Assembly: GCA_963806225.1 (NCBI GenBank)
Contig: CAWDXG010000001.1
Span: 128,001 to 192,000 of the forward strand
Reading direction: 5' to 3'
Length of the DNA: 64,000 nt
Source of the DNA: an uncultured delta proteobacterium
GTDB taxonomy: Bacteria; Myxococcota_A; Polyangia; Polyangiales; Polyangiaceae
Shown piece after piece: positions 40,168 to 50,700 of this stretch (positions are counted from its first letter, which is position 1; each line of letters opens with the position of its first letter). The position numbers were made by a program, and so were the translations under genes. Under the pieces are notes generated by a model. It did no database searches. It had not been told where the DNA came from and saw only the letters and a program-made list of their open reading frames with translations.

Positions 40168-41775
40168 TCAGGGCGTCTGCAGCGTCTTGACGTACGCCTC
40201 GAAGGCGCTTTCCTCGCCGCCCTGCGGCGGCCCCTTGTGCCGGTACTGTTCGGCGCGGTGCTTGTTCACCTCGCACTGGACGGCCTTCTTGTAGCTGGCG
40301 AGCGGTTGGGCATGCGGCTGTCCGGCTACGACCGTGCGGCCGAGCTCCCGGAGCGCCTGGTCCATGGGCGGGCACCCCGCCGCGGGCTTGGGCAGCTCGA
40401 GCGGCGTGGCTTCCGTGCAACACCCGCTGCGGATCACCGCGTAGGCCGCCATGTCGTACCAGCCGAGCTTGCTGAACAGCTTCATCGCGTCGGTCACGTT
40501 GCCGTGCGGAGCGCTCGTCACGATCGCCGTGCGCAGCTTGCCGGCGCCTTCGCGGGGGTCCGTCTCGTTGCACATCCAGCCGAGATCCGGCGTCTTGCCG
40601 AATGCTCCTTGCGGCAGGTAGCCCGCCACACACGCTGCCGCGTGGTCGCCGCCCTTCATTCCGGAGCCCTTGCCCGTCACGGGAACGTCCGACAGCTTGA
40701 TCTCCTTGGCCGAGGCCGGAGTGGCTGGCTTGGCCGAAGGGGGGACGTGCACCACCTTCACCTTGGGTCGCGCGCGGAACGCGGAGACGCCCCAGGCCGC
40801 GGCGAGCCCCAACAGGATCGCGCCGACCGCGAACATGGGAATCAGCCGGCGCCGCGGAATTCCTGTCGGCTCCTTGCTCGTCGAGACCGCGGGCACGCCG
40901 CTCTGCGAGACCGGGGGCGGTCGCGAGTTGCTCGCGCCGGGCGGCAGAGGCGGCGGTGGATGCGAGGGGTCGTGGTGCAGCCCCGAGTCGTCGGCGTGAT
41001 CCACGAACCAGCGCGCCAGCTCCCGCTTGAACGGCCTCAGGTCGTGGCTGCGCGCGTCGAAGCTGTGGTTGAGCGCGTGAAGCAGCGTGGCCCGCAGCAC
41101 GTCGTCCGAGACGCCCGCCTGGTCCAGCTCTTCCAGCGAGGACAGCCCGTGCGCTGGCGGCGGCGCTCCCACGAGCATCTCGTACAGAAGTCCCGCAACG
41201 GCCCAGGTGTCGTCCGATTCCGAAGGCGGGCCGCTCTCGCCGCGCTCGGGCGAATGGAACGGTGTGGGCCCGGTGAGCGGCGGCACGAAGCCCAGCACGG
41301 GTGCCGCACGACCCTCGGGGGTCAGCACCACGCCCGCACCCCGCACGCAGCCGTGGACCCCGCCGGTGTCGTGCACGTGCGACAGCGCGTCGGCGACCCG
41401 CAGAGCCGACCGCACCGCGTCCAGAGGCGTCTTCTTGACTACGGCCTGCAGCCGTTGCTCCAGGGTCTCGCCCGGGACGAGCTCGGCCACCACGACCGCA
41501 TCGCCGCCGTCGCGGGGCAGGACGTCGAACAGCGTGGCCAGGTGCGCATGCGGGAGGCCGACCACCTTGTCCAGCCCGGCCGCGTCCGCCGCGGGCAGGG
41601 CGAACAGGATCACGCGCTTCTCTGTCTGCTCGTCGGTGCCCAGGTAGGCCGGCCCTGCACCTTCCAGGGACAGCGGTTCGTCCACCAGGTAGCGGGAAGC
41701 CAGCTTCTGGCCGACGGCTAGCTCGAATGACGACGACCCTTCCAAAACGACCCCTGACCGCTCGGAGCGTGTCAC
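40168..41775 (-). CDS. Membrane Ser/Thr protein pseudokinase
   Basis: Kinase scaffold (RYLVDEPL, HAHLATLFDV, VAELVPGETL, ADALSHVH, FHSPER, DDTWAVAGLLYEMLVG) with degenerate catalytic motifs; TM helix; Cys-containing periplasmic tail. Confidence 0.8.
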   Translation of the reverse strand: MTRSERSGVVLEGSSSFELAVGQKLASRYLVDEPLSLEGAGPAYLGTDEQTEKRVILFALPAADAAGLDKVVGLPHAHLATLFDVLPRDGGDAVVVAELVPGETLEQRLQAVVKKTPLDAVRSALRVADALSHVHDTGGVHGCVRGAGVVLTPEGRAAPVLGFVPPLTGPTPFHSPERGESGPPSESDDTWAVAGLLYEMLVGAPPPAHGLSSLEELDQAGVSDDVLRATLLHALNHSFDARSHDLRPFKRELARWFVDHADDSGLHHDPSHPPPPLPPGASNSRPPPVSQSGVPAVSTSKEPTGIPRRRLIPMFAVGAILLGLAAAWGVSAFRARPKVKVVHVPPSAKPATPASAKEIKLSDVPVTGKGSGMKGGDHAAACVAGYLPQGAFGKTPDLGWMCNETDPREGAGKLRTAIVTSAPHGNVTDAMKLFSKLGWYDMAAYAVIRSGCCTEATPLELPKPAAGCPPMDQALRELGRTVVAGQPHAQPLASYKKAVQCEVNKHRAEQYRHKGPPQGGEESAFEAYVKTLQTP

Positions 41776-41949
41776 TTCCGTTCCCCAGCGTCTACCGCCT
41801 GGAGCCCTTCGCACGAGGATCGTCATGCGCCGGAAGGCCAGGCGCGGCGATCCGGCCCGGGGTGCAGTGCCGACGCGCCGCGGTGCGGCGGTGGGGTCCG
41901 GGCTCGACATGGGGCGGCGCGCCGCCGACCGCTCGTCTAGGCTCGGGGA

Positions 41950-42519
41950 GTGCCTGGGCCAGCCGACCTGGTGATCCGGCTCGCGCGACGCGACGAGCAC
42001 GACCTCGTACACCGCATGATGCTGGACGGATTTGCCCCGACCCGCGCCTTCGACCTCCCTTCCAGCGCCCTGTCGGAGACGCGAGCCGATCTCGACCGCG
42101 CGGTGGCTGGAGGCGCTGCGCTGCTCGCCTTCTGCGCAGGACGGCCGGTGGCCAGCGCGCGGCTGGCACCGAGTTGGAGCTCCCGGCCCGCGTTCGACGT
42201 CGCTTTCGCTTTCGAGCGCGCGGCCGGTGGCGGGCGTGTGCCAGGGTCACCGGGCGGTGCGCTGCACGTCTCGCGCATGAGCGTGCTGCCGGCGATGTGG
42301 AACCGGGGCATCGGAGCCGCCCTGCTGGCCTGGATCGAGGGTTTCGCCGGGCGGCTGGGTCTCGACGCCGTCGAGCTGAACGTCCGGTCACAGCAGCCCG
42401 ACAACCGGCCCTACTACCAGCGCCAGGGCTATCGCATCACCGGCTACAGCGAACGCTACGGCATCGCGGACATGTCCACCCACATGCGGAAGGAGCTCCA
42501 GGGGGACCCGTCGTCGTAG
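41950..42519 (+). CDS. GNAT family N-acetyltransferase
   Basis: RMSVLPAMWNRGIGAALL acetyl-CoA motif, N.PYYQRQGY. Confidence 0.88.
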   Translation: MPGPADLVIRLARRDEHDLVHRMMLDGFAPTRAFDLPSSALSETRADLDRAVAGGAALLAFCAGRPVASARLAPSWSSRPAFDVAFAFERAAGGGRVPGSPGGALHVSRMSVLPAMWNRGIGAALLAWIEGFAGRLGLDAVELNVRSQQPDNRPYYQRQGYRITGYSERYGIADMSTHMRKELQGDPSS

Positions 42520-42567
42520 TCGACAGTGCTGTCGAAATCAGCTGGCTGAGCGCAACGGGTTCGGCTC

Positions 42568-42612
42568 TTGACAGTTTCGTGAATGCAGTTCACATTTGCG
42601 AATGTGATTCAT
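42568..42612 (+). promoter_or_regulatory. Promoter (-35 TTGACA) with two imperfect palindromes
   Basis: TTGACA 42568-42573; GTGAATGCAGTTCAC (42579-42593) and GCGAATGTGATTCAT (42598-42612). Confidence 0.55.
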
Positions 42613-43335
42613 GAACCGGTCGCCAGAGTCGACCGCCGGACCCAGCGGCGGCACGCGCGCACGGAGCAGGTGCTCGACGCGGCGATGAAGATCGTCGGCG
42701 CGGACGGCCTGGACGGTCTCACGCTTCACCGGCTGGCGGCGGATCTCGGGTACGTCCCGGCTGCGCTGTATCGCTACTTCGACTCGAAGGATGCGCTACT
42801 CGCCGCGCTCCAGCGCCGCACCATTGAAGAGCTCCACGAACGTTTTCGGCGCGAGCAGTCGACGCTGGGCGACCGGCTTCCGGCGCCCGGCCCAGGTCCC
42901 GGCGAGCGAGCCCTGTTGTCGCTTCTCGCAGCTGCCGACTTCTACCTGCGCCTGCCCGGGCGCCTGCCCGAACACTTCCGGTTGGTAAGCTCGATGCTGG
43001 GCGATCCGCGTGCTTTGATCGAGCACGGCACGGCGCTGGTCAATGCACAGGCCCTGCTCGGCTTCCTCGGCGACGTACGTGAGCTGTTCGAGCAGGCTGC
43101 CACGGCGGGCGCGCTCGCACCGGGTCGCACGTTCGATCGCACGCTCGCCTACTGGTCCGCGCTGCACGGAGTGGCCACGCTCGACAAGCTGGTTCGCTTC
43201 GATGCGGCCACTTTCAACGTGCAGCGCCTCGGCGCGCTCACAGCCAGGGCTCTGCTCGCCGGCTGGGGTGCGGATCCCGGCTCGCTCGATGCTGCCGGGC
43301 GCGCTCTCTCCCACGCAGCACCGCCTGCAGATTGA
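42583..43335 (+). CDS. TetR/AcrR family regulator (start may be GTG 42604)
   Basis: EQVLDAAMKIVGADGLDGLTLHRLAADLGYVPAALYRYFDSKDAL HTH. Confidence 0.9.
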   Translation: MQFTFANVIHEPVARVDRRTQRRHARTEQVLDAAMKIVGADGLDGLTLHRLAADLGYVPAALYRYFDSKDALLAALQRRTIEELHERFRREQSTLGDRLPAPGPGPGERALLSLLAAADFYLRLPGRLPEHFRLVSSMLGDPRALIEHGTALVNAQALLGFLGDVRELFEQAATAGALAPGRTFDRTLAYWSALHGVATLDKLVRFDAATFNVQRLGALTARALLAGWGADPGSLDAAGRALSHAAPPAD

Positions 43336-43384
43336 AACCCATGGGCTCGGGTTTTCCAGGGCTCACCGACCACCGGAGGACAAG

Positions 43385-44023
43385 TTGAAGCTCATCTCAC
43401 CGATTGCATTCGGCGCTGGAGTCATGACCTGGAGCCTTGCCGAATATGTTCTCCACCGGTTTGCCGGGCACGCTCCGCGTCCGCGCAGAAGCGAAGTGCC
43501 CGAGAAGAAGGGCTGGGCCGCGAAGCTCTCGCCCATGCAGGGCGACTTCGGGGCCGAGCACCAGGCGCACCATACCGACACGCGCTACTTCACGCCCACG
43601 CACCGCAAGGTGCTCGCAGCGAGCATCGCCCTCGGTACGGGCGCCACGGTCGGGGCGCTCCTGGTGGGGCCGCGCCGTGCGCTGTCGTTCGTCCTCGGAT
43701 TCGGCGCGATGTACACGGCATACGAGGTCGAGCATCGGCGCACCCACACGCACGCGCCGCGCGGAGCCTACACGCGCTGGACCCGGCGTCATCACCTATA
43801 CCACCACTTCGGGAATCCGAAGATGAACCATGGGGTCACGAGCCCGATCTGGGATCGGGTCTTCGGGACCTACGTGGAACCCGGTGTGATCCGCGTGCCG
43901 GTCCGGCATGCTCCGCTGTGGTTGCTGGACGAGAGCGGCGAGGTACGCGCCCCATACCGCGGCGAGTACGAGCTCGCTGGAGTGCCGCGCGCCGAGGACC
44001 GAGCGCCCGCGGCGGCCGGCTGA
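43385..44023 (+). CDS. Fatty acid hydroxylase / sterol desaturase family protein
   Basis: GGAGGA RBS then TTG; EYVLHRFAGH, EHQAHH, YEVEHRRTH, RHHLYHH..NHGVTSPIWDRVFGT. Confidence 0.9.
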   Translation: MKLISPIAFGAGVMTWSLAEYVLHRFAGHAPRPRRSEVPEKKGWAAKLSPMQGDFGAEHQAHHTDTRYFTPTHRKVLAASIALGTGATVGALLVGPRRALSFVLGFGAMYTAYEVEHRRTHTHAPRGAYTRWTRRHHLYHHFGNPKMNHGVTSPIWDRVFGTYVEPGVIRVPVRHAPLWLLDESGEVRAPYRGEYELAGVPRAEDRAPAAAG

Positions 44024-44112
44024 AGTCACCGGCGCGCCATCGCCCGATGCGCTTGTCAGGTGTCCGGACGCATCACTGGCCGCCAGCGCGCGGGTCGGAT
44101 ACAGATTGACCG

Positions 44113-46596
44113 ATGGTCGAGCACAGCGTCGTCCGGTGGGGTCGACGCGCGACGGGCCCAGTGCCAGCGTCCGGGGATTTACCGACCCGGCACGAGCTAG
44201 GTCTGCGCGTCGTGTTGCTGCGTGCGCTCGCTGTGGCTGTCGTCTACGGTTTGGCGGCACGGCTGGGGCTCGAGTTCCCGTACGCGCAGCACAGCGCGAG
44301 CCTTGTGTGGCCGGCCAGTGGGGTGGCGCTGGCCGCCGTGTTGCTCTGGGGGCCCTGGATGGCCTTCGGCATCGTCGTGGGCGCCGCCGTCTCGTCGGTC
44401 TCCGTGGGAATCTCGCTGCCGCTCGCGCTCTGGTACGGCGTTGGCAACACGTCCGGTCCGCTGCTCGGGGCCTGGCTGCTGCAACGCGTGGGTCGGGTGC
44501 ACCTGCAACTCGACCGCCAGCGGGACGTGCTCGGCTTCGTGCTGCTCGGCGTCTTCGTCGGCACGCTGCCGGGACCCTGCGCCGGTGTGAGCGGGCTCGT
44601 GCTTCTCGACGCGCTGCCGCACGCCCAGATCGGTGGCGCGTGGTTCTCGTGGTGGCTCGGAGACGCCGCCGGCGTGCTCGTGGTCACACCGGCGCTGGTG
44701 AGCTGGGTGTCGGGCGAGAGGCGACGGTCCGGCGTGCCGTGGCGACGCAGACTGGAGGTGACCGCCCTGGTCGCCGCTCTGGTCGCCAGTACCCTGGCCG
44801 GATTCGGGGATCATTTCGCCTGGCGCTATCCGGCGTTCCTGCCGTTTCCTTTCCTGATCTGGGGCGCGCTGCGCTTCGGTGTGAAAGGAGCGACCGGCGG
44901 GTCGCTGCTCGTCTCGGGGATGGCGGTCTGGGCCACCGCGCACGGCAGCGGTCCGTTCTCTCGCGGCCAAGTCCACGTCGACCTGGTGCTGCTCTGGGCT
45001 TTCATGGGCACCGTGGCCGTCGTGACCCTGCTCCTGTCAGCGGCGCTAGGCGAACGTGACAGCGCGCAGCGCTCGCTCGAGTTCAGCGAGGAGCGTTTCC
45101 GCAGGGCGTTCGAGGATGCGCCCATGGCGATGGCGATGGCGAGCCCTGGAGGAAGGTTGTCGGAGGGGAACAAGCGCATGCAGTCGCTGCTCGACTATCC
45201 CGAGCACGAGCTCACCAAGCTCACCGTCGACGACATCACGTTTCCGGAAGATCGCGAACGGAGCCGGGCCGCGATGCGCCGTGCACGGGAGGGCGATGCT
45301 CCGCGCTACGGCTTCGAGAAGCGCTTCGTCGCGCGTGATGGCAGCGTCGTGTGGGCGAACATGAGCACCACGCTGCTCCGGGATGCCGAGGGCAAGCCGA
45401 GCGCATTCATCAGCCTGCTGGAGGACATCACAGCGAGGAAGGCCGCCGAGGACGAGCGCGAGCGCCTCCAGCAGCGCCTCGCCCGCTCCCAGCGTCTGGA
45501 GAGCATCGGACAGCTTGCGGGAGGCGTGGCCCACGACTTCAACAATCTTCTGCTTGGAATCCTGCTGTACGTCAACGTCGGTCTCGAGGATGCTGGCGAT
45601 CGCGACAAGGTGCGCGAGTCGTTGTTCGAGATCCGCGCGGCCGCCCGCCGCGCGGCGGAGCTGACACGGCAGCTGCTTGCGTTCGCACGCCGGCAGACGA
45701 TCCAGCCCGTCGCGTTGGATCTCGACGCGCAGATCGCAGGCTTGATGGGCATGCTCCGGCGCATCATCCCCGCCAACATCGAGATCCAACACGCGCACCC
45801 GGAACATCGTTGCTGGGTGATGGCGGACCCCGGGCAGATCGAGCAGGTGATCGTCAATCTGTGCGTGAACGCACGCGACGCGATGCCGTCCGGCGGACTG
45901 CTCCAGATCGAGACGGGAAGCAGCCGGGTCGAACCAGGGCATGCGACGCTTTCGCCAGGCGACTACGCCAGACTCTGCATCTCGGACACCGGCGTCGGCA
46001 TACCCGCGCAGGTGCGCGAACACGTCTTCGAGCCCTTCTTCACCACCAAGGAGCAGGGTACGGGGCTGGGGCTCGCGGTCATCTACGGGATCGTGCGGCA
46101 GCACGGCGGCAGTGTCGACGTGCACAGCCAACCCGGCGAGGGGACTGAGTTCGACATACTGCTGCCCGCCGCCGCGGAACCGCAGGACCAAGCGGCGCAG
46201 GCTCCGCAGCAGAACGCCGAAGGCGGCAGCGAGACGATCCTCGTGGTGGACGACGAGGAGCTGCCGCGTCGGCTGCTGGCTCGCGTGCTACGCAGGGCCG
46301 GGTATTCGGTTGTCGAGGCGTCGGACGGTGTCGAGGGGCTCGAGCTGTTCCAGCAGCACGCGGATCGGATTGCGCTCGTGATCCTCGACCTGATCATGCC
46401 GCGAATGGGCGGGCGACAGGCCTACGCGCGGATGCGCGAGCTCGCCCCGGAAGTGAAGGCGATGCTCACGACGGGTTACGCGGGCGACGCGCCGGGAGGG
46501 ATACCGTCGGGCATCGAGGTGCTGCACAAGCCCTACGAGTCGGACGAGATGCTGCGTCGCGTGCGTCGGCTCCTCGATCGGCCGGCCCCCGCCTAG
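44113..46596 (+). CDS. Hybrid sensor histidine kinase: MASE1-PAS-HisKA-HATPase-REC
   Basis: VWPASGVALA and WWLGDAAG (MASE1), PAS, LAGGVAHDFNNLL, NARDAM, DTGVGI, FFTTK..GTGLGL, VVDDE, LDLIMP. Confidence 0.95.
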   Translation: MVEHSVVRWGRRATGPVPASGDLPTRHELGLRVVLLRALAVAVVYGLAARLGLEFPYAQHSASLVWPASGVALAAVLLWGPWMAFGIVVGAAVSSVSVGISLPLALWYGVGNTSGPLLGAWLLQRVGRVHLQLDRQRDVLGFVLLGVFVGTLPGPCAGVSGLVLLDALPHAQIGGAWFSWWLGDAAGVLVVTPALVSWVSGERRRSGVPWRRRLEVTALVAALVASTLAGFGDHFAWRYPAFLPFPFLIWGALRFGVKGATGGSLLVSGMAVWATAHGSGPFSRGQVHVDLVLLWAFMGTVAVVTLLLSAALGERDSAQRSLEFSEERFRRAFEDAPMAMAMASPGGRLSEGNKRMQSLLDYPEHELTKLTVDDITFPEDRERSRAAMRRAREGDAPRYGFEKRFVARDGSVVWANMSTTLLRDAEGKPSAFISLLEDITARKAAEDERERLQQRLARSQRLESIGQLAGGVAHDFNNLLLGILLYVNVGLEDAGDRDKVRESLFEIRAAARRAAELTRQLLAFARRQTIQPVALDLDAQIAGLMGMLRRIIPANIEIQHAHPEHRCWVMADPGQIEQVIVNLCVNARDAMPSGGLLQIETGSSRVEPGHATLSPGDYARLCISDTGVGIPAQVREHVFEPFFTTKEQGTGLGLAVIYGIVRQHGGSVDVHSQPGEGTEFDILLPAAAEPQDQAAQAPQQNAEGGSETILVVDDEELPRRLLARVLRRAGYSVVEASDGVEGLELFQQHADRIALVILDLIMPRMGGRQAYARMRELAPEVKAMLTTGYAGDAPGGIPSGIEVLHKPYESDEMLRRVRRLLDRPAPA

Positions 46597-46638
46597 TGCG
46601 CGCTCCACGTCGCCGCGCGCCCCCTCGCGTGCCACGAC

Positions 46639-47412
46639 CTACATTCGTCCGGAGACGCCCACGCCGTAGCCGCTGCCCACGCGTGTCGGCATCACGACGA
46701 AGTACTTCGCATCCTCGCGCACGAGCCGGCTGTGGTGGCTGTTGAGTGCCCAGATCAAGAGCACGGCCCCGGCGCTCTGCGCCAGACCATCGAACACCAG
46801 CAAGGTCCGGATGGCCTGGTCGTCGGAGCAGCTGTAGTACGTGTCGTTGTTGGTCGGGCAGGTATCGTGACGCGCCGCTGCGGTAATGAACGGGCCGATC
46901 GCCGGCACCGCCAGCCAACCGCTCTGGTTGTCGAAGTTGAGGCCCGATGCAACGGCCACGCTGATTGCGTACGGCGCGGCGAGCACGACGGCGCCGGCGA
47001 TTGCGGGGCCGCGGTAGATGCTCTGGTCCAGGTAGTAGCCGGGCGGGATGCGTTGCCCTTGGTGATAGGGCAGCACCCGCGCCTTCGGCTGGGGCTTCGC
47101 GGCCGGTGGCGGATAACCAGGGTAGGGATACGGATAGGGTGCGTACGGATATCCGCCATATGGATACTGGTAGCCACCGGCAGGCGGGGGAGGGGGTGCG
47201 GGCGGCGGTGCGCTGTCGGTCGCGGGCGGCGCGGGTGCCGGCGCGGGCGGCGCGGGTGCCGGCGCGGGTGCCGGCGCGGGCGCAGTTCCAGTTGTAGACG
47301 GGGCCGGCGCTGTCTGCGCGGCAGCGACCGGCGCGACGAGTGCGACGGCCAGGCCAGCCCGGAACGAAAGGCGCGAAGCGAGAGGAGTAAGGCGGTACAC
47401 CTCGCGGAGCAT
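46639..47412 (-). CDS. Secreted Pro-rich hypothetical protein
   Basis: Signal peptide, PAPA/PYP repeats, LPYHQGQRIPPGY, WLAVPAIGPF, C-terminal GVGVSGRM. Confidence 0.7.
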   Translation of the reverse strand: MLREVYRLTPLASRLSFRAGLAVALVAPVAAAQTAPAPSTTGTAPAPAPAPAPAPPAPAPAPPATDSAPPPAPPPPPAGGYQYPYGGYPYAPYPYPYPGYPPPAAKPQPKARVLPYHQGQRIPPGYYLDQSIYRGPAIAGAVVLAAPYAISVAVASGLNFDNQSGWLAVPAIGPFITAAARHDTCPTNNDTYYSCSDDQAIRTLLVFDGLAQSAGAVLLIWALNSHHSRLVREDAKYFVVMPTRVGSGYGVGVSGRM

Positions 47413-47639
47413 ACAGGCCCGCCATCGGCCGGACAATCAGCCTCGTCCATCGGCGAGATGACCCGGTTATAAAACACACTCCAGCGCGCGATGATTCCCG
47501 CATCCCGGATTTTGATGGGCTGCGAACAGGCCTGTTTTCCTGCTGGATCCGATCGATCATGTAACGCTTGCGCGTTAGCAGACTAACGCTCGCCGGCGCG
47601 CCCGCCCACAAGGGCGCCGGATCTCGGCGGCGCCCGGCT

Positions 47640-47654
47640 TGGCGCGCCTCTTGC
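47640..47654 (+). promoter_or_regulatory. Sigma54 (-24/-12) promoter candidate
   Basis: TGGCGCGCCTCTTGC fits TGGC-N7-TTGC, about 95 bp upstream of the large lipoprotein gene. Confidence 0.6.
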
Positions 47655-47747
47655 GTCGTCACCCGCGTCCGGCCTGTGTGCCTTTTGCCGCGAGCCCGGA
47701 CCCCTTTTTTCATCTCACGCCAACGCGTGCTTGCGGAGAGGTATTCG

Positions 47748-50700
47748 ATGAAGTCGAAGTGGTTGCAGCGGTTCGCACTGGGCGTGTTGCTGATCGTCGG
47801 CGGGATAGTCGGGTGCGCCCAGCAACGGGCGCCCATCAACCGGGTCCAGGCCAACGCGCTCAACAAGCATTTCTTCGTCGGGGCAAAACTCAACGATGAT
47901 ACCGACAATCCCGAGTTCTACTGGCGCAACTACGTAGTCGGTGGAACGGCCAGTCAGTCGCTGATCGGTGTCGGTTCCTGGAGCGGCATCGATCGCATCG
48001 TCTGGCAGATCACCGAGAACGAGCTCATCGCGCGCAAGGCCTACGAGATCTCGAAGGGCGCGGACGGTCACGGCACGCCGCACAAGACCGCCAACGGCGT
48101 GGTGGTGGCTGCCTACAAGATCGAGAGCCACTTCAACGTCAAGCGTGACTACAACCCGCAGACCGGCGAGTCGCTCAACATCATCAACGAGAACACGACC
48201 GACCGCCCCTGGTACGAGCGCGAGTACATGCGCGTGGACTGGTCGAAGAACCTCGTGAACAACCCCATGTGGTTCGACATGTTCTCCGGCAACATCTTCG
48301 GCCACATCGGCATCACGCCGGTTTCCTACTACGTCAGTGATTCGAAGAGCGACGACGCACCGCATTTCGAGACGAAGAACGGCTACTTCGACATCACCAA
48401 CAAGTTCTACGTCGAGCCGGCCACCACGCAGATGTGGGGCCAACAGATCCCCACGTGCGTCATTGTCGGTCTGTTCACGGGCTCGGCCAGCTACGACTGC
48501 AACGCCCAGGAAGCGACGATCCGCAGCTCGTACTGGAAGATCGACCCGAACAACGACTTCGAGCCGCTCGACATCACCAAGGCCACGCTGGACGTGGTCG
48601 GCAATCCGGGTGGCATCGGTGACAGCTTCCAGGCCGGTATCGTCACCCCGGGCCAGCAGGGCTGGTCGCCGGGCTACGGCTACGTCGACAAGCTCTATCA
48701 CCGCTACGCGCACATCCACAACATCTGGCAGCAGAGCCACCAGCGCATCGGGTCGTGCGATACCGACTCGGATTGCACGGCCAAGGGTCTGCCGGCCGGA
48801 TCGATGTGTATGCCCGATCATACCTGTTCGGTCGGCTGCACTTCCAACGCCGACACCAACAGCGACGGCACGGCCGACCAGTGCGCCGCGAAGAACACCG
48901 GCTACAAGGGCAGCAAGGGCGCCCAGTGCGACGTGGCGATGGGACAGTGCACGATCCCGTACCGCGATCGCCAGATCAAGACGGTCAGCTACTGGGTCAA
49001 CAAGGACACGCCTGCCGACCTGCTCGACGCGGTCGACAAGGACAACGCAAAGCTCGATCCGGGCGAGCAGCGCGGCGCCATCGAGGATCTCATCTACTCG
49101 TGGAACCAGCTGATGTCCGATGCGGTCGGCTACGCGCGCGAGGTCGAATGCCGTCGCACCGGAGATGGCGACAAGAACACCTGCCACGACAAGTTCTTCA
49201 AGGGTCACACCCTCAAGGACAAGGTGATGCTCAGCTACGGCGGCTGGCTGATCGACAAGGTGCTCGACCCCACGCCGACGCTGACGCTCTGCCACAACCC
49301 GGTGCGCCCCTACGACGACCACGACGCCTGCGGAGCCACCGGCTCGACGGCGCGGGTGGGGGACGTGCGCAAGAATTTCGTCTTCTACTGGCCTTACGCT
49401 TCGAACGCCCCGTGGGGCGGCATAGCGAACTGGAACGCCGACCCGCTCACGGGCCAGATCATCGGCGGTGCGGCGTGCCTCATGGGCCGCTCGGCGACCT
49501 GGGCGGCTGCCGAGCAGCGCGACATCCTGCAGCTAGCCATGGGTGACCTCTCCGTGTCGGACATCACCAACGGCACACCATCCGAAAACTACGCGCACTA
49601 CCTCAAGGACGGCTACGCGCCGCGCAGCTTCACGCAGGCGCAGATCGACCAACGCCTGCAGTCCATCGACGCAGCCCACGCGACCGAGAGCACGCCGCTG
49701 GGCCAGACGGACAACGAGTCGATGCGCCAGCGCTACATGCAGCTTCTGCAGATGCAGAGCCACACGACGGACGACCCGACGCTGCGCTCGACCGCGGAGC
49801 TCGACTTCGATGCCACGGCGAAGCCGCTGCTAGGCACCAAGTACGAGACCCAGCTCGTCAACGGCCACTGGATGGTCAACGCGCTCGGCGCCAACCCGAA
49901 CACGAACATCGACGACTCGGTGCTGGACATGGCTTCGCCGCTGCGGGGGCTCGACAGCGGACGCCTGGACGAGATGCATGCGCTGATCCAGGACAAGCTC
50001 CGCGATCACGGCATGTGCTTCATGGGCGATGAAGCCCCCATCGCGGGCAGCATCGACATGCAGGGCGTCGCCAAGTACTTCTACGACAAGGACAACAACA
50101 GCGGTCTGTACACCGAGGCAGCTCTGAAGAAGCTGTATCCGGAGCTCGGTGACAATCCCTCGCCCGCGGATGTGATCGAAAAGCGCGGCGAAGCGATGTA
50201 CCACAAGCTGTGGATCGAGTCCGTGAAGGGCATCGGCATCCACGAGATCGGCCACTCGCTCGGCATGTTGCACGAGTTCGCCTCGTCCTGGGATTCGATG
50301 AACTACGATCCGCAGTACTGGCAGCTCAGGACGGACGAGGGCCAGGCAACCCAGCCGTGCACGGCCCCGCGCAAGGCGGGTAGCCCGGACACGTGCATGG
50401 GCCCGCGCTACCTCGACCCGCAGACGCCGGACGAGCAGGGCATGGGCAGCGAGCCGCGCCCCGGCATCGAGTACTTCGGCAGCACCTCGGTCATGGAGTA
50501 CCAGATCGAGCGCTTCGGAGAGACGGTCGGCCTCGGCAGCTACGATCAGCACACGATGAACGCGCTGTACGGCCGCGTTGTCGAGACGCTGGACCCGAAG
50601 GCCGGCAACTACAAGGACATCAACGGCAATTCCGACTCGAACATGGAGCGCTTCGCTCCGATGCTGGAAACGCAGCTCACCGAGCAGGATCGCGTGATCC

